A DNA stretch of 64,000 bases from a virus. The stretch is from the UHGV virus genome UHGV-0084588. One strand, written 5' to 3'. The notes below the pieces were generated by a model. That model ran no database searches. It worked only from the letters and a program-made list of their open reading frames with translations, and was not told the DNA's origin. How positions within the stretch are numbered: position 1 is the stretch's first letter; the number at the start of each line of letters is the position of its first letter. Position numbers and translations under genes: made by a program. Shown in pieces: positions 47,625-56,874 of this stretch.

Positions 47625-48922
47625 CAGTTATTACCCGTCGGTAGTGAAGCGGCATTAGCGTTATCTAGTAATCCCGCTTTCTTGAGAATATGTTGGTAGT
47701 CTGCTTGGTAAACATACCAGGTAAGTTTGCGTCGTACGGAATCGATGTGTGGATAACCGTAATAGTTGAATAACGGCAGTAGTTGTGGCGCGATGGGCAC
47801 TAATTGATCACTGGCAATCGGGATAAAGTTGCCCGACTGGATAGAACCAGGTTGCGGTAACATATCCGGATTAAAAATGGAGACGGTGCGGTTAAACATT
47901 TCCATGTATAACGGATCGTTAAACCGCGCACCGATAGCTTGCCAGTTAATAGTAATCGTAACGTCATCGTTTAACTGCGGTTTGGAGTTATCAACGTTCG
48001 CCATTTGACCCGCGTTATCGTTCATTGGCCACGCGACACAAATCGTCCAGAAACGGGTGATGTTTCCCAGAGCATCGTAACGCATCCCGTAAATTCGTGA
48101 CTGATAATCGATTCTGCGTTGAATGGAGTTGCGCATCTTCGGACGGAATTTACCCATCTTCACGCCAGACATATACTCTAGCCACACGCCCATCATTTTC
48201 ATTAACGGGTCACCATAAGGGTTGTTTAATGACATGCTGATGGAAAAGCTATTGTTAACTTCGTGGGTAGAGTCAACCATCCCCCATTGTTCACGCATTA
48301 AACCTTCACTTGCCATCCAGTTATCAATCGATTGATCGGGTGCACCACTAAGGCTGATCAGTTGCGTACTGAGTATTGGTATGAACGCTTGTAGATTATC
48401 GAATTTTACTTGAGGCATAAACGGCGTACCTAAGCGATTCTTTCGTCTACCGTTTTCCATAGGTGCGTCTGTAAACCCGAGTTCAAAATCAGGGTCAAGC
48501 GCAGCTAAAATCGAATAATCTATGGAGTCCTTTGGCTGCATTGCCATGTTCGACATTTTACGTGACTTAGCAATGTTGTCGTAGCACAGGTTAAAATCGG
48601 GCCGGGTAATAAAAGTTAGTCCACCATATTCTCGGTTGATTGGCGTGGGGTTAGACGCCATCATATGGTTGAACCCCATGTAGGGGTTGGTCAAACGCTG
48701 CGCAGCAAGACCCAAACCTACAGTAAGACGGATACGATCGTTCCATGCCGTAAGTTCAGTATTAGCGTCGTAAGGCGTCGGAGGGTTAGCATTACTAATC
48801 CGTCCGTCGAAATATCCTGCGACCGAAGGCACCGCGTCCGCGTTATTCGGATTGTGGAGAGAATCGTCGTAGTCAGTATTCGGGTCATACCCCGGATCGT
48901 TCTTATCTGTCTCGTCACTCAT
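47624..48922 (-). CDS. hypothetical protein (432 aa), first gene of a minus-strand pair
   Basis: ATG with ggag RBS (reverse complement), divergent from 48949. Confidence 0.55.
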   Translation of the reverse strand: MSDETDKNDPGYDPNTDYDDSLHNPNNADAVPSVAGYFDGRISNANPPTPYDANTELTAWNDRIRLTVGLGLAAQRLTNPYMGFNHMMASNPTPINREYGGLTFITRPDFNLCYDNIAKSRKMSNMAMQPKDSIDYSILAALDPDFELGFTDAPMENGRRKNRLGTPFMPQVKFDNLQAFIPILSTQLISLSGAPDQSIDNWMASEGLMREQWGMVDSTHEVNNSFSISMSLNNPYGDPLMKMMGVWLEYMSGVKMGKFRPKMRNSIQRRIDYQSRIYGMRYDALGNITRFWTICVAWPMNDNAGQMANVDNSKPQLNDDVTITINWQAIGARFNDPLYMEMFNRTVSIFNPDMLPQPGSIQSGNFIPIASDQLVPIAPQLLPLFNYYGYPHIDSVRRKLTWYVYQADYQHILKKAGLLDNANAASLPTGNN

Positions 48923-48948
48923 CTTTAACTCCGGAGTTCATTAGGAAA

Positions 48949-50055
48949 ATGTTAGAAAAAACGTTTGAGACAAGCGTTGTCTCTTTCCTCTCCAGACTTC
49001 CCATGCTGTTTCGTTCGCGTGCGGAGTCGATGGAGGAATTTAACTCAGTGCTCTATAACGAGCACATTACCTTAGTCGAACAAAGCCTGCTGGGTTTAGA
49101 TTACCTTCCGGGAATTCTGGAGAAAATCCAAATTTTGCTGGCAGGAAACCAATTAACGGCTATCTCACTGTTAACCGGTGTACCGGATGTTGACATTATC
49201 GGTACCCTGGATCAGGTCAGCACACGTCGTAGTGCGCTTGATAACGCAGTCCGCACCGGTTCCCGCTTAGCAGCGCTTGCAGTCGGCGAATCTGCCCGTT
49301 ATGGTTTACCATCATACGATAAAATCGGCATTGCAGTCGGCGAATCTGCCCGACGGGTCGCCCAGGAATCAAAAGGTTCGGTCAGTGGCGGGAAAGGTGA
49401 TCCGATTAAACAGCTTTTCGATCAAGAAGGGTTGTCCAACGGGAAGATGTTCTCAGTAACATTCGAACGTGACGGTAATAAAGTCGAACTCCCAATGCGC
49501 CTACGTTTGGATGTGAAATCCTTACCGACCGAACAAATTGAAACGCTGATTGCGTTCAGTGACCAGACGAAAACATTCTGGGAACGCTGGCTGCGTGCAC
49601 GTGTTGGCGCGTTGAGTTACGTAAAAGACATCGCGTTCTGTAACGACCTGGTAGAAGAATATCGTAAGAACCGTTATCGCGATAAGTCCGGTTATTACCG
49701 TAAGATGATGGAGAAGAAGAACGGTAACTGGTTGTCTGGTTTGCTGTCTCTGGCACCGTCTATCAATAACGCTTCTTCCGTCATGGTGGTCTCTCAAGAC
49801 ACAATCGACGGCTTGACCGCACAGCTAGGTGGCGAATTCGACGATTTCAATATTCGTCAACGTGTATTCAAAGACACCCTGACTGTCTACTATGTTGTTG
49901 TGGACACCACCTGGAATCGTGTCACTATTTATACCCGTGGTCAGAATGGCTCTCAGGAACTCGATAAATCTGACTTTAGTAAATCGAAGTCTGGTAGCGC
50001 CGATGTGAATAAAATCATCGAAGCGTATCGCTCTGGCGCTCAGCCAGTTCTTTAA
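48949..50055 (+). CDS. hypothetical protein (368 aa) with internal AVGESAR direct repeat
   Basis: ATG with agga RBS; 21-bp direct repeat gcagtcggcgaatctgcccg at about 49277 and 49331. Confidence 0.55.
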   Translation: MLEKTFETSVVSFLSRLPMLFRSRAESMEEFNSVLYNEHITLVEQSLLGLDYLPGILEKIQILLAGNQLTAISLLTGVPDVDIIGTLDQVSTRRSALDNAVRTGSRLAALAVGESARYGLPSYDKIGIAVGESARRVAQESKGSVSGGKGDPIKQLFDQEGLSNGKMFSVTFERDGNKVELPMRLRLDVKSLPTEQIETLIAFSDQTKTFWERWLRARVGALSYVKDIAFCNDLVEEYRKNRYRDKSGYYRKMMEKKNGNWLSGLLSLAPSINNASSVMVVSQDTIDGLTAQLGGEFDDFNIRQRVFKDTLTVYYVVVDTTWNRVTIYTRGQNGSQELDKSDFSKSKSGSADVNKIIEAYRSGAQPVL

Positions 50056-50065
50056 GGGGTAAGGC

Positions 50066-51001
50066 ATGGCAATCCCGAATATGCTCGCTATGTTGTTGCC
50101 GAGCTTTGAAGCAACAAACTTGAAAAACCAGCTCTCATCAAACTGTGATGCGATTGGTGAACAACTTTTACCGCGTTTCCAGTCTCTGCAAGAGCTGGTA
50201 GCGTCGAAAGAAGGCAAGCCGTTTAAATCGAAAACGGTGCAGGACATGTCGGATGATTTGGTTAAGTACCTGCGGAATTCCGGTCTGGAAGCCAAAGGTC
50301 TCCGTAATCCTTCGATGCTGGAATACATCGTTGCCTCGATGGAAAACACGCTACAATTGCGTTCTTTCTTAGACCAATGTATTACACGTGACATTGGTAA
50401 AGCGTTAGTCACGTCTTCAATGACGTTTAATAAATTAACGGTGCTCAGACTGCTTGACCTGATTGATTTCTTTACAGGCTACAGTGCCACCTTACTTAAC
50501 TACGTAACCGCAGAAGAAATAGCCGCCGTAGAAGGCTCGAATATTGAAGTAAAAGGCGTCGGTCCGAATGACCTTCAATACCTCAATACTCGTTCTATTT
50601 CTTACTGCATTGCTGTCCGTGTGCTGGCAACGCCGCTGAATAAACTGAAAGCGGATTATGCGGAAATTCCTGAAGCGATCTTTAACGACGAAACTTACGG
50701 TGAGTTGGCGCAACAGTTCGGTTCGAGCTCCGTTGACCCACTGGGAATGAGCAGTGTACCGTTCCCAATCTCACTGATACTGCGCGTACGTTTAAATATC
50801 GCTGAACGGCAGATGGATAAGTACGACGAGTGTGTAGAAGCGGCGAAAGCGGCGGAACTGCGTATCTTACTTTACAAAAAGCAAGTCGCAGAAGGTAAGG
50901 GTGATGCCCACATTGAGAAACTGATTGAAATCAGTGAAAAGCATCTGATGGAACTCAAGCACAAGCGTGAGCGTCTTGAAAAGAAATACGGTTTAGCGTA
51001 A
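50066..51001 (+). CDS. hypothetical protein (311 aa)
   Basis: ATG with taagg RBS. Confidence 0.55.
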   Translation: MAIPNMLAMLLPSFEATNLKNQLSSNCDAIGEQLLPRFQSLQELVASKEGKPFKSKTVQDMSDDLVKYLRNSGLEAKGLRNPSMLEYIVASMENTLQLRSFLDQCITRDIGKALVTSSMTFNKLTVLRLLDLIDFFTGYSATLLNYVTAEEIAAVEGSNIEVKGVGPNDLQYLNTRSISYCIAVRVLATPLNKLKADYAEIPEAIFNDETYGELAQQFGSSSVDPLGMSSVPFPISLILRVRLNIAERQMDKYDECVEAAKAAELRILLYKKQVAEGKGDAHIEKLIEISEKHLMELKHKRERLEKKYGLA

Positions 51002-51018
51002 ACCGTTAGGAGAGGCGA

Positions 51019-51579
51019 ATGTTTGAGCACGATAGTCCAGAATTTAATGTTGCTGTAGAGCGCATTAAATCCTACATGTCGATTTTATCGAAAAACCCAA
51101 TCGACACACACGATGACGAAGTTATTCACAAAACGCTGGAAGCCGCCGCCGTTGTTTTACCGTATTTTCGTCTGATGGCTGCGGATTCTTTGCAGCAAGT
51201 ATTATATGACGAATATCCGCAGGTCGGATTTACCTTTAATACGTTTTATAACGAAAGCGTAGCCTTCCTGCTGGATGGTAAGCGACGTAATGTGACGTTA
51301 GGGCAGTGGTCGACTTTGCTGTCGTCGTATATGAACGATGTTCGTAACACGAAGAATGTTGAACAGACGGGTGCATTAGGCTCGCGTCTGTTAGCTGCTG
51401 CGTTTGGTCGCCGAGGTACTGTACGTAATATGGGCTCCGCTCACCAATCCATTGAGTGTAGCAAACGTCTTTTATCTTATGCAGACCATGAACTGCTGGC
51501 ACGCTGGATGACACGCCCGAACGGGTTGTCCGACATGATCTCGTCGTTAGCAGTGTTTTTGAAAATCGCACGTCCCTAA
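51019..51579 (+). CDS. hypothetical protein (186 aa)
   Basis: ATG with aggagagg RBS. Confidence 0.55.
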   Translation: MFEHDSPEFNVAVERIKSYMSILSKNPIDTHDDEVIHKTLEAAAVVLPYFRLMAADSLQQVLYDEYPQVGFTFNTFYNESVAFLLDGKRRNVTLGQWSTLLSSYMNDVRNTKNVEQTGALGSRLLAAAFGRRGTVRNMGSAHQSIECSKRLLSYADHELLARWMTRPNGLSDMISSLAVFLKIARP

Positions 51580-51610
51580 GGGGGCCCCTCATTCTAGGGG
51601 CGTGTAATTG

Positions 51611-51622
51611 GGTTATATAACC
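51611..51622. promoter_or_regulatory. perfect 12-bp palindrome GGTTATATAACC (candidate promoter/operator)
   Basis: 17 bp upstream of ATG 51639; AT core TATATAAC resembles the TATATTAC element. Confidence 0.3.
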
Positions 51623-51638
51623 AAAGGAAATAAACGAA

Positions 51639-52910
51639 ATGGCAAATTTCGCAAAAACTCGCGCCGCTCGTGAATCGATGGAAGCGGCCGATGAAGTAAT
51701 CGACGGTATCAGCAACGTTGAACCGGCAGAAGAGAACCTGGACGTCCAACTTGCGGACGTTGCATCTATCGACGGTCAGCTCGATCAGCTGGAAACCGAC
51801 GGTGAAACCCTGGCTGCCGATACCGAGCGTACTGAAGACGCTATCGAACAGGCGGAAGAAGCCGTTGCTAACGGTGAAGAAATGCCGGAAGAAGCGGTTG
51901 CCCTGCACGAAGTGGCACAGGAATCCATCGCACGTCGTTGGTGCCTGGAACGTACTAAACTGGCTCGCGAATCCTATCGTCGTGGTCGTGGTATGACTGC
52001 TGCTGCCCAGGAAGGTTGGAAAGAAACCCTGAAAGATCTTTACGATCGTTTCATTCAGTTCTGTAAAGAAGTGATTGCGAAGATCAAAGACCTGAAACTG
52101 AAATATTTCAACGTCGGTAAGACTGCACAGAAACGTGCGAAGAAATATCAGGAAATGCTGCGTAAGCTGGGCAAACAGAAGAAAGATGAGATCTCCGGTG
52201 GCTTTATCACCAAGCTGTCCATCGAAGGTAAATTCGATGCTGCTGGCTCCATCGCTATTGCGAAAGAAGTTACCGCTGGTAAAGCTAAAGGTTCCATCAG
52301 TGTTCTGGAAAAACAAGCTGGCGAAGCTGTAACTGCTGTTGCCAAAGGTGACGATGACGCATTCAAAGCGATGCGTGGCGATCAGCCGGTAGAACTGTTT
52401 GGTAAAGCTGCGTCTAAACTGCGCTCTCTGCCGAACTTTGAAAAAGGTGATGCGTCTAAACTGCTGGCTCTGCCGGGTAACGCATACGTCCAGGCTGGTA
52501 CTAAAGAACTGGCTGGCGGCCACAAGTTCACCGCAATTGCATTCATGAGCACTGGCGACGCTTCTGACGATAAAGACGTGAAAACTCCGTCTGTTTCTGA
52601 AATGGCTGGTGCTGCTTCTGCTCTGGAAGCGATCGGTAAAGGCTTCGAAGCTGTACTGAAAGATTTCCGTGCTTATGACGCCGAAATCGTGAAGCTGCAA
52701 CAGGCTGCTGAGAAAGCTGCTAACGCGCTGAACAACGAAAAAGACGAAAGCAAATGGGATGGCCTGCGTAACGCACGTCAAGCTGCTGATTGGTCTGTTA
52801 AGAACTACCAGACCCTGAACCGCGCCGTTAGCTATGTTGCTAACACCGTTATTAGCGGTCTGAACGGCTACCTGGGTGCTGGTATCGGTGCTTACGAAAA
52901 GTCTAAATAA
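51639..52910 (+). CDS. abundant acidic protein, paralog A (423 aa); function unknown
   Basis: Strongly optimised codons; shares N-terminus MANF..ARESME, internal RKLGKQKKDEISGGFI and C-terminus GLNGYLGAGIGAYEKSK with 52993. Confidence 0.65.
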   Translation: MANFAKTRAARESMEAADEVIDGISNVEPAEENLDVQLADVASIDGQLDQLETDGETLAADTERTEDAIEQAEEAVANGEEMPEEAVALHEVAQESIARRWCLERTKLARESYRRGRGMTAAAQEGWKETLKDLYDRFIQFCKEVIAKIKDLKLKYFNVGKTAQKRAKKYQEMLRKLGKQKKDEISGGFITKLSIEGKFDAAGSIAIAKEVTAGKAKGSISVLEKQAGEAVTAVAKGDDDAFKAMRGDQPVELFGKAASKLRSLPNFEKGDASKLLALPGNAYVQAGTKELAGGHKFTAIAFMSTGDASDDKDVKTPSVSEMAGAASALEAIGKGFEAVLKDFRAYDAEIVKLQQAAEKAANALNNEKDESKWDGLRNARQAADWSVKNYQTLNRAVSYVANTVISGLNGYLGAGIGAYEKSK

Positions 52911-52992
52911 TAATTTAGATTCGTAGTTCCGTACAGTTCTTGAAATAAATCATCAGGGGAACAACGCGTTCCCCTTAGAGGAAAAGCTTAAA

Positions 52993-54258
52993 ATGGCGAA
53001 TTTCTACAAAAACAAAATTGCTCGTGAGTCTATGGAGTCTACCGCTACTGTAGTTCCAGACGGCATCGAACTGCCAGCAGAATCCGTAGAAGGTACTCTG
53101 GCCGATATCGAGCATGACACCAAACCGATCGAAGCCCTGGACGCTGACGCTGAACTGCTGGCAGAAGACGGCGACGAAACTGACGCTCAGCTGGATGTTC
53201 TGGATGAAGCTCAGGCCGCTGCTGACGGTGAAGGTGCTGGCGAAGACGGCGAAGACCCGATGGACGCCGAAGAAGATATGCCGGACGACGCTGCGACCGC
53301 GCTGGACGTTGCTCAGGAATCTATCCGTTCTCGTTGGAACTTCGAACACCGTTCTTCTGTTGCTCACGAATCTTACGGTTCTCGTAACCGTCGCCAGGTG
53401 GCTCGTGAATCCCTGTGGGAAGACATTAAAGCCTTCCTGGGCCGTATTCTCGATTGGCTGAAAGAACAAGGCCGTAAACTGAAAGATCGCTGGCTGAAAT
53501 TCCACAACCAGGGTAAATCTATCCAGGCGCGTGCTAAGAAATACGATGAAGTTATTCGTAAGCTGGGCAAACAGAAGAAAGATGAGATCTCTGGTGGCTT
53601 CATCAAGTCTCTGTCTATCGATGGCAAGTTCGTCGGTGATAATATTCCGAAACTGAAAGGTATCCTTAACCAGGTTTCCACATTCTATAGCGCTAAGATG
53701 CCTGCCATGGCCTCTAAAGCTGCTGAAGTGGTTTCCGATGTTACCAAAGGTAACGGTGTTAAAGTTGAAAAACTGAAAGCCGACTTTACCGAACTGTCCA
53801 AACAAGACAGTCTCCAAAACTTCAAACTCGGTAACATGGCAGTGAAAACCGAGTATGACAACGAAGGCGGCTTCAGCTCCACTTTTGTTGAAGCTGAAAA
53901 TAGCGTTGAAACTAGCGTGAAAACTCCGTCTGTTGGCGAACTGGCTAAAATCAATGCTCTCTTCAACGAAGTGGGTAAACAGATCGAGAAGAACGTTCAG
54001 GATTATCGTAAAGTCGAAAGCGCGCGGAAAACTTTTGAAGATAATATCGATAAGCTCCTGAAAGAAGTCGATAAAGTTAAGATCGACGAAAAACCGGAAC
54101 TGACCGAAGGTGTACGTGCTGCCCGTCGTTTCATCACCAGCGTTAACCAGGGCCTGTCTCTGGGTGAGAAGGTTATTGCTTCTACTCAGAAACACCTGGC
54201 CGGTGGTCTGAACGGCTACCTGAGTGCTGGTATCGGCGCTTACGAAAAATCTAAATAA
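52993..54258 (+). CDS. abundant acidic protein, paralog B (421 aa); function unknown
   Basis: Same conserved blocks as paralog A; acidic D/E-rich N-terminal region. Confidence 0.65.
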   Translation: MANFYKNKIARESMESTATVVPDGIELPAESVEGTLADIEHDTKPIEALDADAELLAEDGDETDAQLDVLDEAQAAADGEGAGEDGEDPMDAEEDMPDDAATALDVAQESIRSRWNFEHRSSVAHESYGSRNRRQVARESLWEDIKAFLGRILDWLKEQGRKLKDRWLKFHNQGKSIQARAKKYDEVIRKLGKQKKDEISGGFIKSLSIDGKFVGDNIPKLKGILNQVSTFYSAKMPAMASKAAEVVSDVTKGNGVKVEKLKADFTELSKQDSLQNFKLGNMAVKTEYDNEGGFSSTFVEAENSVETSVKTPSVGELAKINALFNEVGKQIEKNVQDYRKVESARKTFEDNIDKLLKEVDKVKIDEKPELTEGVRAARRFITSVNQGLSLGEKVIASTQKHLAGGLNGYLSAGIGAYEKSK

Positions 54259-54275
54259 TCTCTGATTGTTTAGTA

Positions 54276-54323
54276 AGAGAACCACCCTGTAATGGGGTGG
54301 TTCTCTCTTTTCTTTTTTTTTTC
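54276..54323 (+). terminator. rho-independent terminator
   Basis: hairpin gagaaccaccc-tgtaat-ggggtggttctc followed by a long T-run. Confidence 0.75.
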
Positions 54324-54335
54324 GATTAAAAACAA

Positions 54336-54362
54336 TTTCAGATATATATTACCTAGGTGAGA
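54336..54362 (+). promoter_or_regulatory. candidate strong phage promoter, 27-mer TTTCAGATATATATTACCTAGGTGAGA
   Basis: Identical 27-mer at 62590-62616; contains TATATTAC; about 50 bp upstream of ATG 54413. Confidence 0.55.
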
Positions 54363-54412
54363 TTACACAGTAATCTCTTTACGACTTGTTTATTACGTTT
54401 AGGAGAAATATC

Positions 54413-55054
54413 ATGAGCCGCATTAATTTAACTGATTTCGTTGATGGTGTTGTGTCTATGGAGAAAGGCACCGTTACGATGGTGGCACCGAATAGTAAAG
54501 TTGTTATTTTAAATCCGGTAGAACTGATTTCTATTTCTACCTGGTTGCGTTTACTTTCTGATAAGAAACCTAAAGACCAAGCGAAGGGCGGGTTGTTAGT
54601 AGGTCCACGCGAGTTTGTTTTCAAAGACATAACCCAAGATAAACTGGACAGTATTGCTAAAGAACTGAACGGCAAGCATAAAACCCGCGACATCGGGAGT
54701 ACCGAACATGACGGTGTAACGTACCATGCATTTCTTGATAGTCACGTAGCATTGCGTGAAAAAGAAAATGGGGTGTACGAATCAGTTTGTTTCTTTCATT
54801 TAATCGCACCAACAGAAAACGATGCTGTGTATGGCACTGTTGAAAAATCGGCGGAAGCTGTTATGGAAACGGTGTCAGAACTTGTAGAAGGGATGAAAAG
54901 AATCCCACGTGTGTTGAAGGTTACTGATGGTGCTATCGATTGTTTTAAATTATTGCCCTTAATAGCTAGTAAAGAATACGAAGTTGAGAACACGTTTGGG
55001 CTATTCGAAATTAGTCTTTCGGAAGCAGTTGTTACTTTCTTCGAAGCTTTATAA
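54413..55054 (+). CDS. hypothetical protein (213 aa)
   Basis: ATG at 54413 with aggag RBS downstream of the conserved 27-mer. Confidence 0.55.
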   Translation: MSRINLTDFVDGVVSMEKGTVTMVAPNSKVVILNPVELISISTWLRLLSDKKPKDQAKGGLLVGPREFVFKDITQDKLDSIAKELNGKHKTRDIGSTEHDGVTYHAFLDSHVALREKENGVYESVCFFHLIAPTENDAVYGTVEKSAEAVMETVSELVEGMKRIPRVLKVTDGAIDCFKLLPLIASKEYEVENTFGLFEISLSEAVVTFFEAL

Positions 55055-55055
55055 T

Positions 55056-55089
55056 CAGAAAGCCCTCCGTAGAGGGCTTTATTTTTTCG
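55056..55089 (+). terminator. rho-independent terminator
   Basis: hairpin agaaagccctc-cgta-gagggcttt followed by T-run. Confidence 0.6.
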
Positions 55090-55107
55090 ACCTTTAGGAG
55101 AATAGAA

Positions 55108-55659
55108 ATGAACAAATTTAATATCTTAGACGCTGAAGTCGTATCTGAAACCAGCCTACAGCAGGAAATTTTCCGCATTCAGTTTGGCGATAAAACCCTT
55201 ATCGTCCCACGACCGGTAATGATTGGACTGGCTATTTTTATTAACTGCGCGCATTGTAATGGTTCTCAACTTTCCACGCTCACTTACGGCAATTACGAAT
55301 TCTATATTCCAGAGCACCTGGAATATAATCGTTTCATCGCTTTACGTCCGTTCTACAAGTTTATGTTAGACGCAGGTTATTCTACACTGACGAAAACATA
55401 CATTCGTGATTATTCGAAGCTGGAAACGTTCTATCGTCGTCGTAGTTATCGTGTTCCTGAGCCTATTGACGGTTTTCAAACCCGTGTTGTATTACTTAAA
55501 CCGCTAGAAAAAGAACTGGCTTGCTATAAACTTGATATTGAGCAGAAGTTACTGCGTGAGGATTTGTTGAATTTATACAACCAACTTTCAGTTGTACCGA
55601 AAGCCACAGTAGAAAACATTCTACCTGATTACGGAATTAGACAATATCAGGAAGGTTAA
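55108..55659 (+). CDS. hypothetical protein (183 aa)
   Basis: ATG with taggag RBS. Confidence 0.55.
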   Translation: MNKFNILDAEVVSETSLQQEIFRIQFGDKTLIVPRPVMIGLAIFINCAHCNGSQLSTLTYGNYEFYIPEHLEYNRFIALRPFYKFMLDAGYSTLTKTYIRDYSKLETFYRRRSYRVPEPIDGFQTRVVLLKPLEKELACYKLDIEQKLLREDLLNLYNQLSVVPKATVENILPDYGIRQYQEG

Positions 55660-55660
55660 A

Positions 55661-55966
55661 ATGAAACTCAAAGCCGATGCGATATGTGTTGTTAAGTTGC
55701 CGGAAAGTAATGTGGTGTACTGCGTAAAACGGCTGGACATCCGATTACTGATACCGAGACTTAATGAACCTGGTTGGAATGGGGATTTGATGATTCCACT
55801 GATCAGACCACTTCCTACGAACGATGGTAATATAACGCATTTGCACATGGAAGCCAAAGGGCGGTACATCACCGTTTACCATTTGGCCGATCAGTACAAA
55901 ACGAGTCGGTATACCCGAAGGGATTTTATACGGCATTTAAGGGGCTCACTGGAGATAGAGAAATGA
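55661..55966 (+). CDS. hypothetical protein (101 aa)
   Basis: ATG 2 nt after upstream stop; ATGA overlap with DHFR gene. Confidence 0.5.
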   Translation: MKLKADAICVVKLPESNVVYCVKRLDIRLLIPRLNEPGWNGDLMIPLIRPLPTNDGNITHLHMEAKGRYITVYHLADQYKTSRYTRRDFIRHLRGSLEIEK

Positions 55967-56499
55967 CAATTACAGTTTCGATGATAGCTGCTGCTGGGTT
56001 GAATAACGAAATTGGGAAAGACAATAAACTACCGTGGCGTATTCCCGACGACTTAAAGAATTTTAAGGCACTTACATCAGGTAAAGTTATCGTGATGGGA
56101 AGCAAGACATGGGAATCGTTAGGGTATAAACCCCTACCCAATCGTCACCACGTTGTGTTAACGAGAAGACCTGGTGGTGTGCCAGAAATCGATGGGGTGC
56201 TTAACCTTAAGGGTGAAATGGGTTCGATTATTGAATTCCTCAAAACCGAGGTTGAGAAAAAGGGTTATCCTAAGGAAATCTTTATTATCGGTGGCGCAGA
56301 AATTTACCATCAGGCGTTACCTTACGTGGATAAGATTTACTTGTCACGTGTGGAGGTTAAAGTTGATGGTGCAGATGCGTTCTTTCCTGAAATCGATCGT
56401 AGCAAGTTTGGACTGGTTTATAACTTAACACACGCTTCCAAACCGGATAGCGATGTTCCACGTTGGCATTATCAGATTTGGAAAAGAGATGGGCACTGA
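55963..56499 (+). CDS. folA: dihydrofolate reductase
   Basis: SMIAAAGLNNEIGKDNKLPWRIPDDLKNFKALTSGKVIVMGSKTWESLGYKPLPNRHHVVLTR matches the DHFR N-terminal signature; 178 aa. Confidence 0.9.
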   Translation: MTITVSMIAAAGLNNEIGKDNKLPWRIPDDLKNFKALTSGKVIVMGSKTWESLGYKPLPNRHHVVLTRRPGGVPEIDGVLNLKGEMGSIIEFLKTEVEKKGYPKEIFIIGGAEIYHQALPYVDKIYLSRVEVKVDGADAFFPEIDRSKFGLVYNLTHASKPDSDVPRWHYQIWKRDGH

Positions 56500-56785
56500 G
56501 TTTGCAACCTTAGAAAAGCTCTTTTTAGGTAGCGTTGCGAAAAGGAAAATAGCGCGCTTCTCTTGGTATCCTTCCCCTGCAAAACACGCGTTCATACGTC
56601 GTTTACATCAAGAGAAAAGTGTCAGGCTGGTCTTGATAGTGTTGTTCGAAAACAGCCGTGGGTTGTTGATTAACAACCACCGTTTTGCGGCAGAGATTTG
56701 GGCAACCACATCTGGGGGCGAGGAAGCGTCTGTTGGCTTCGCTAACGACGAGATTATCTTTGAAGGTATACCTTATCTGTTATAG
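56489..56785 (+). CDS. hypothetical protein (about 98 aa)
   Basis: ATG at 56489 with RBS, overlapping the DHFR stop. Confidence 0.4.
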   Translation: MGTEFATLEKLFLGSVAKRKIARFSWYPSPAKHAFIRRLHQEKSVRLVLIVLFENSRGLLINNHRFAAEIWATTSGGEEASVGFANDEIIFEGIPYLL

Positions 56786-56798
56786 GTAGTTTAAACGT

Positions 56799-56833
56799 AA
56801 AAGGGGACTTCGGTTCCCTTTTATTTTTTTTTC
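56799..56833 (+). terminator. rho-independent terminator
   Basis: hairpin aaggggac-ttcg-gttccctt followed by a long T-run. Confidence 0.65.
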
Positions 56834-56874
56834 ATTTCGCGCCTGTGATATGACTATAACGAAGGAACAAGCCA

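Noticed and set aside
51594-54285. Long minus-strand ORFs (51594-52781, 52975-54285) opposite the two paralog genes
   Set aside because: Antisense shadow ORFs of highly codon-biased plus-strand genes; no RBS or promoter context.
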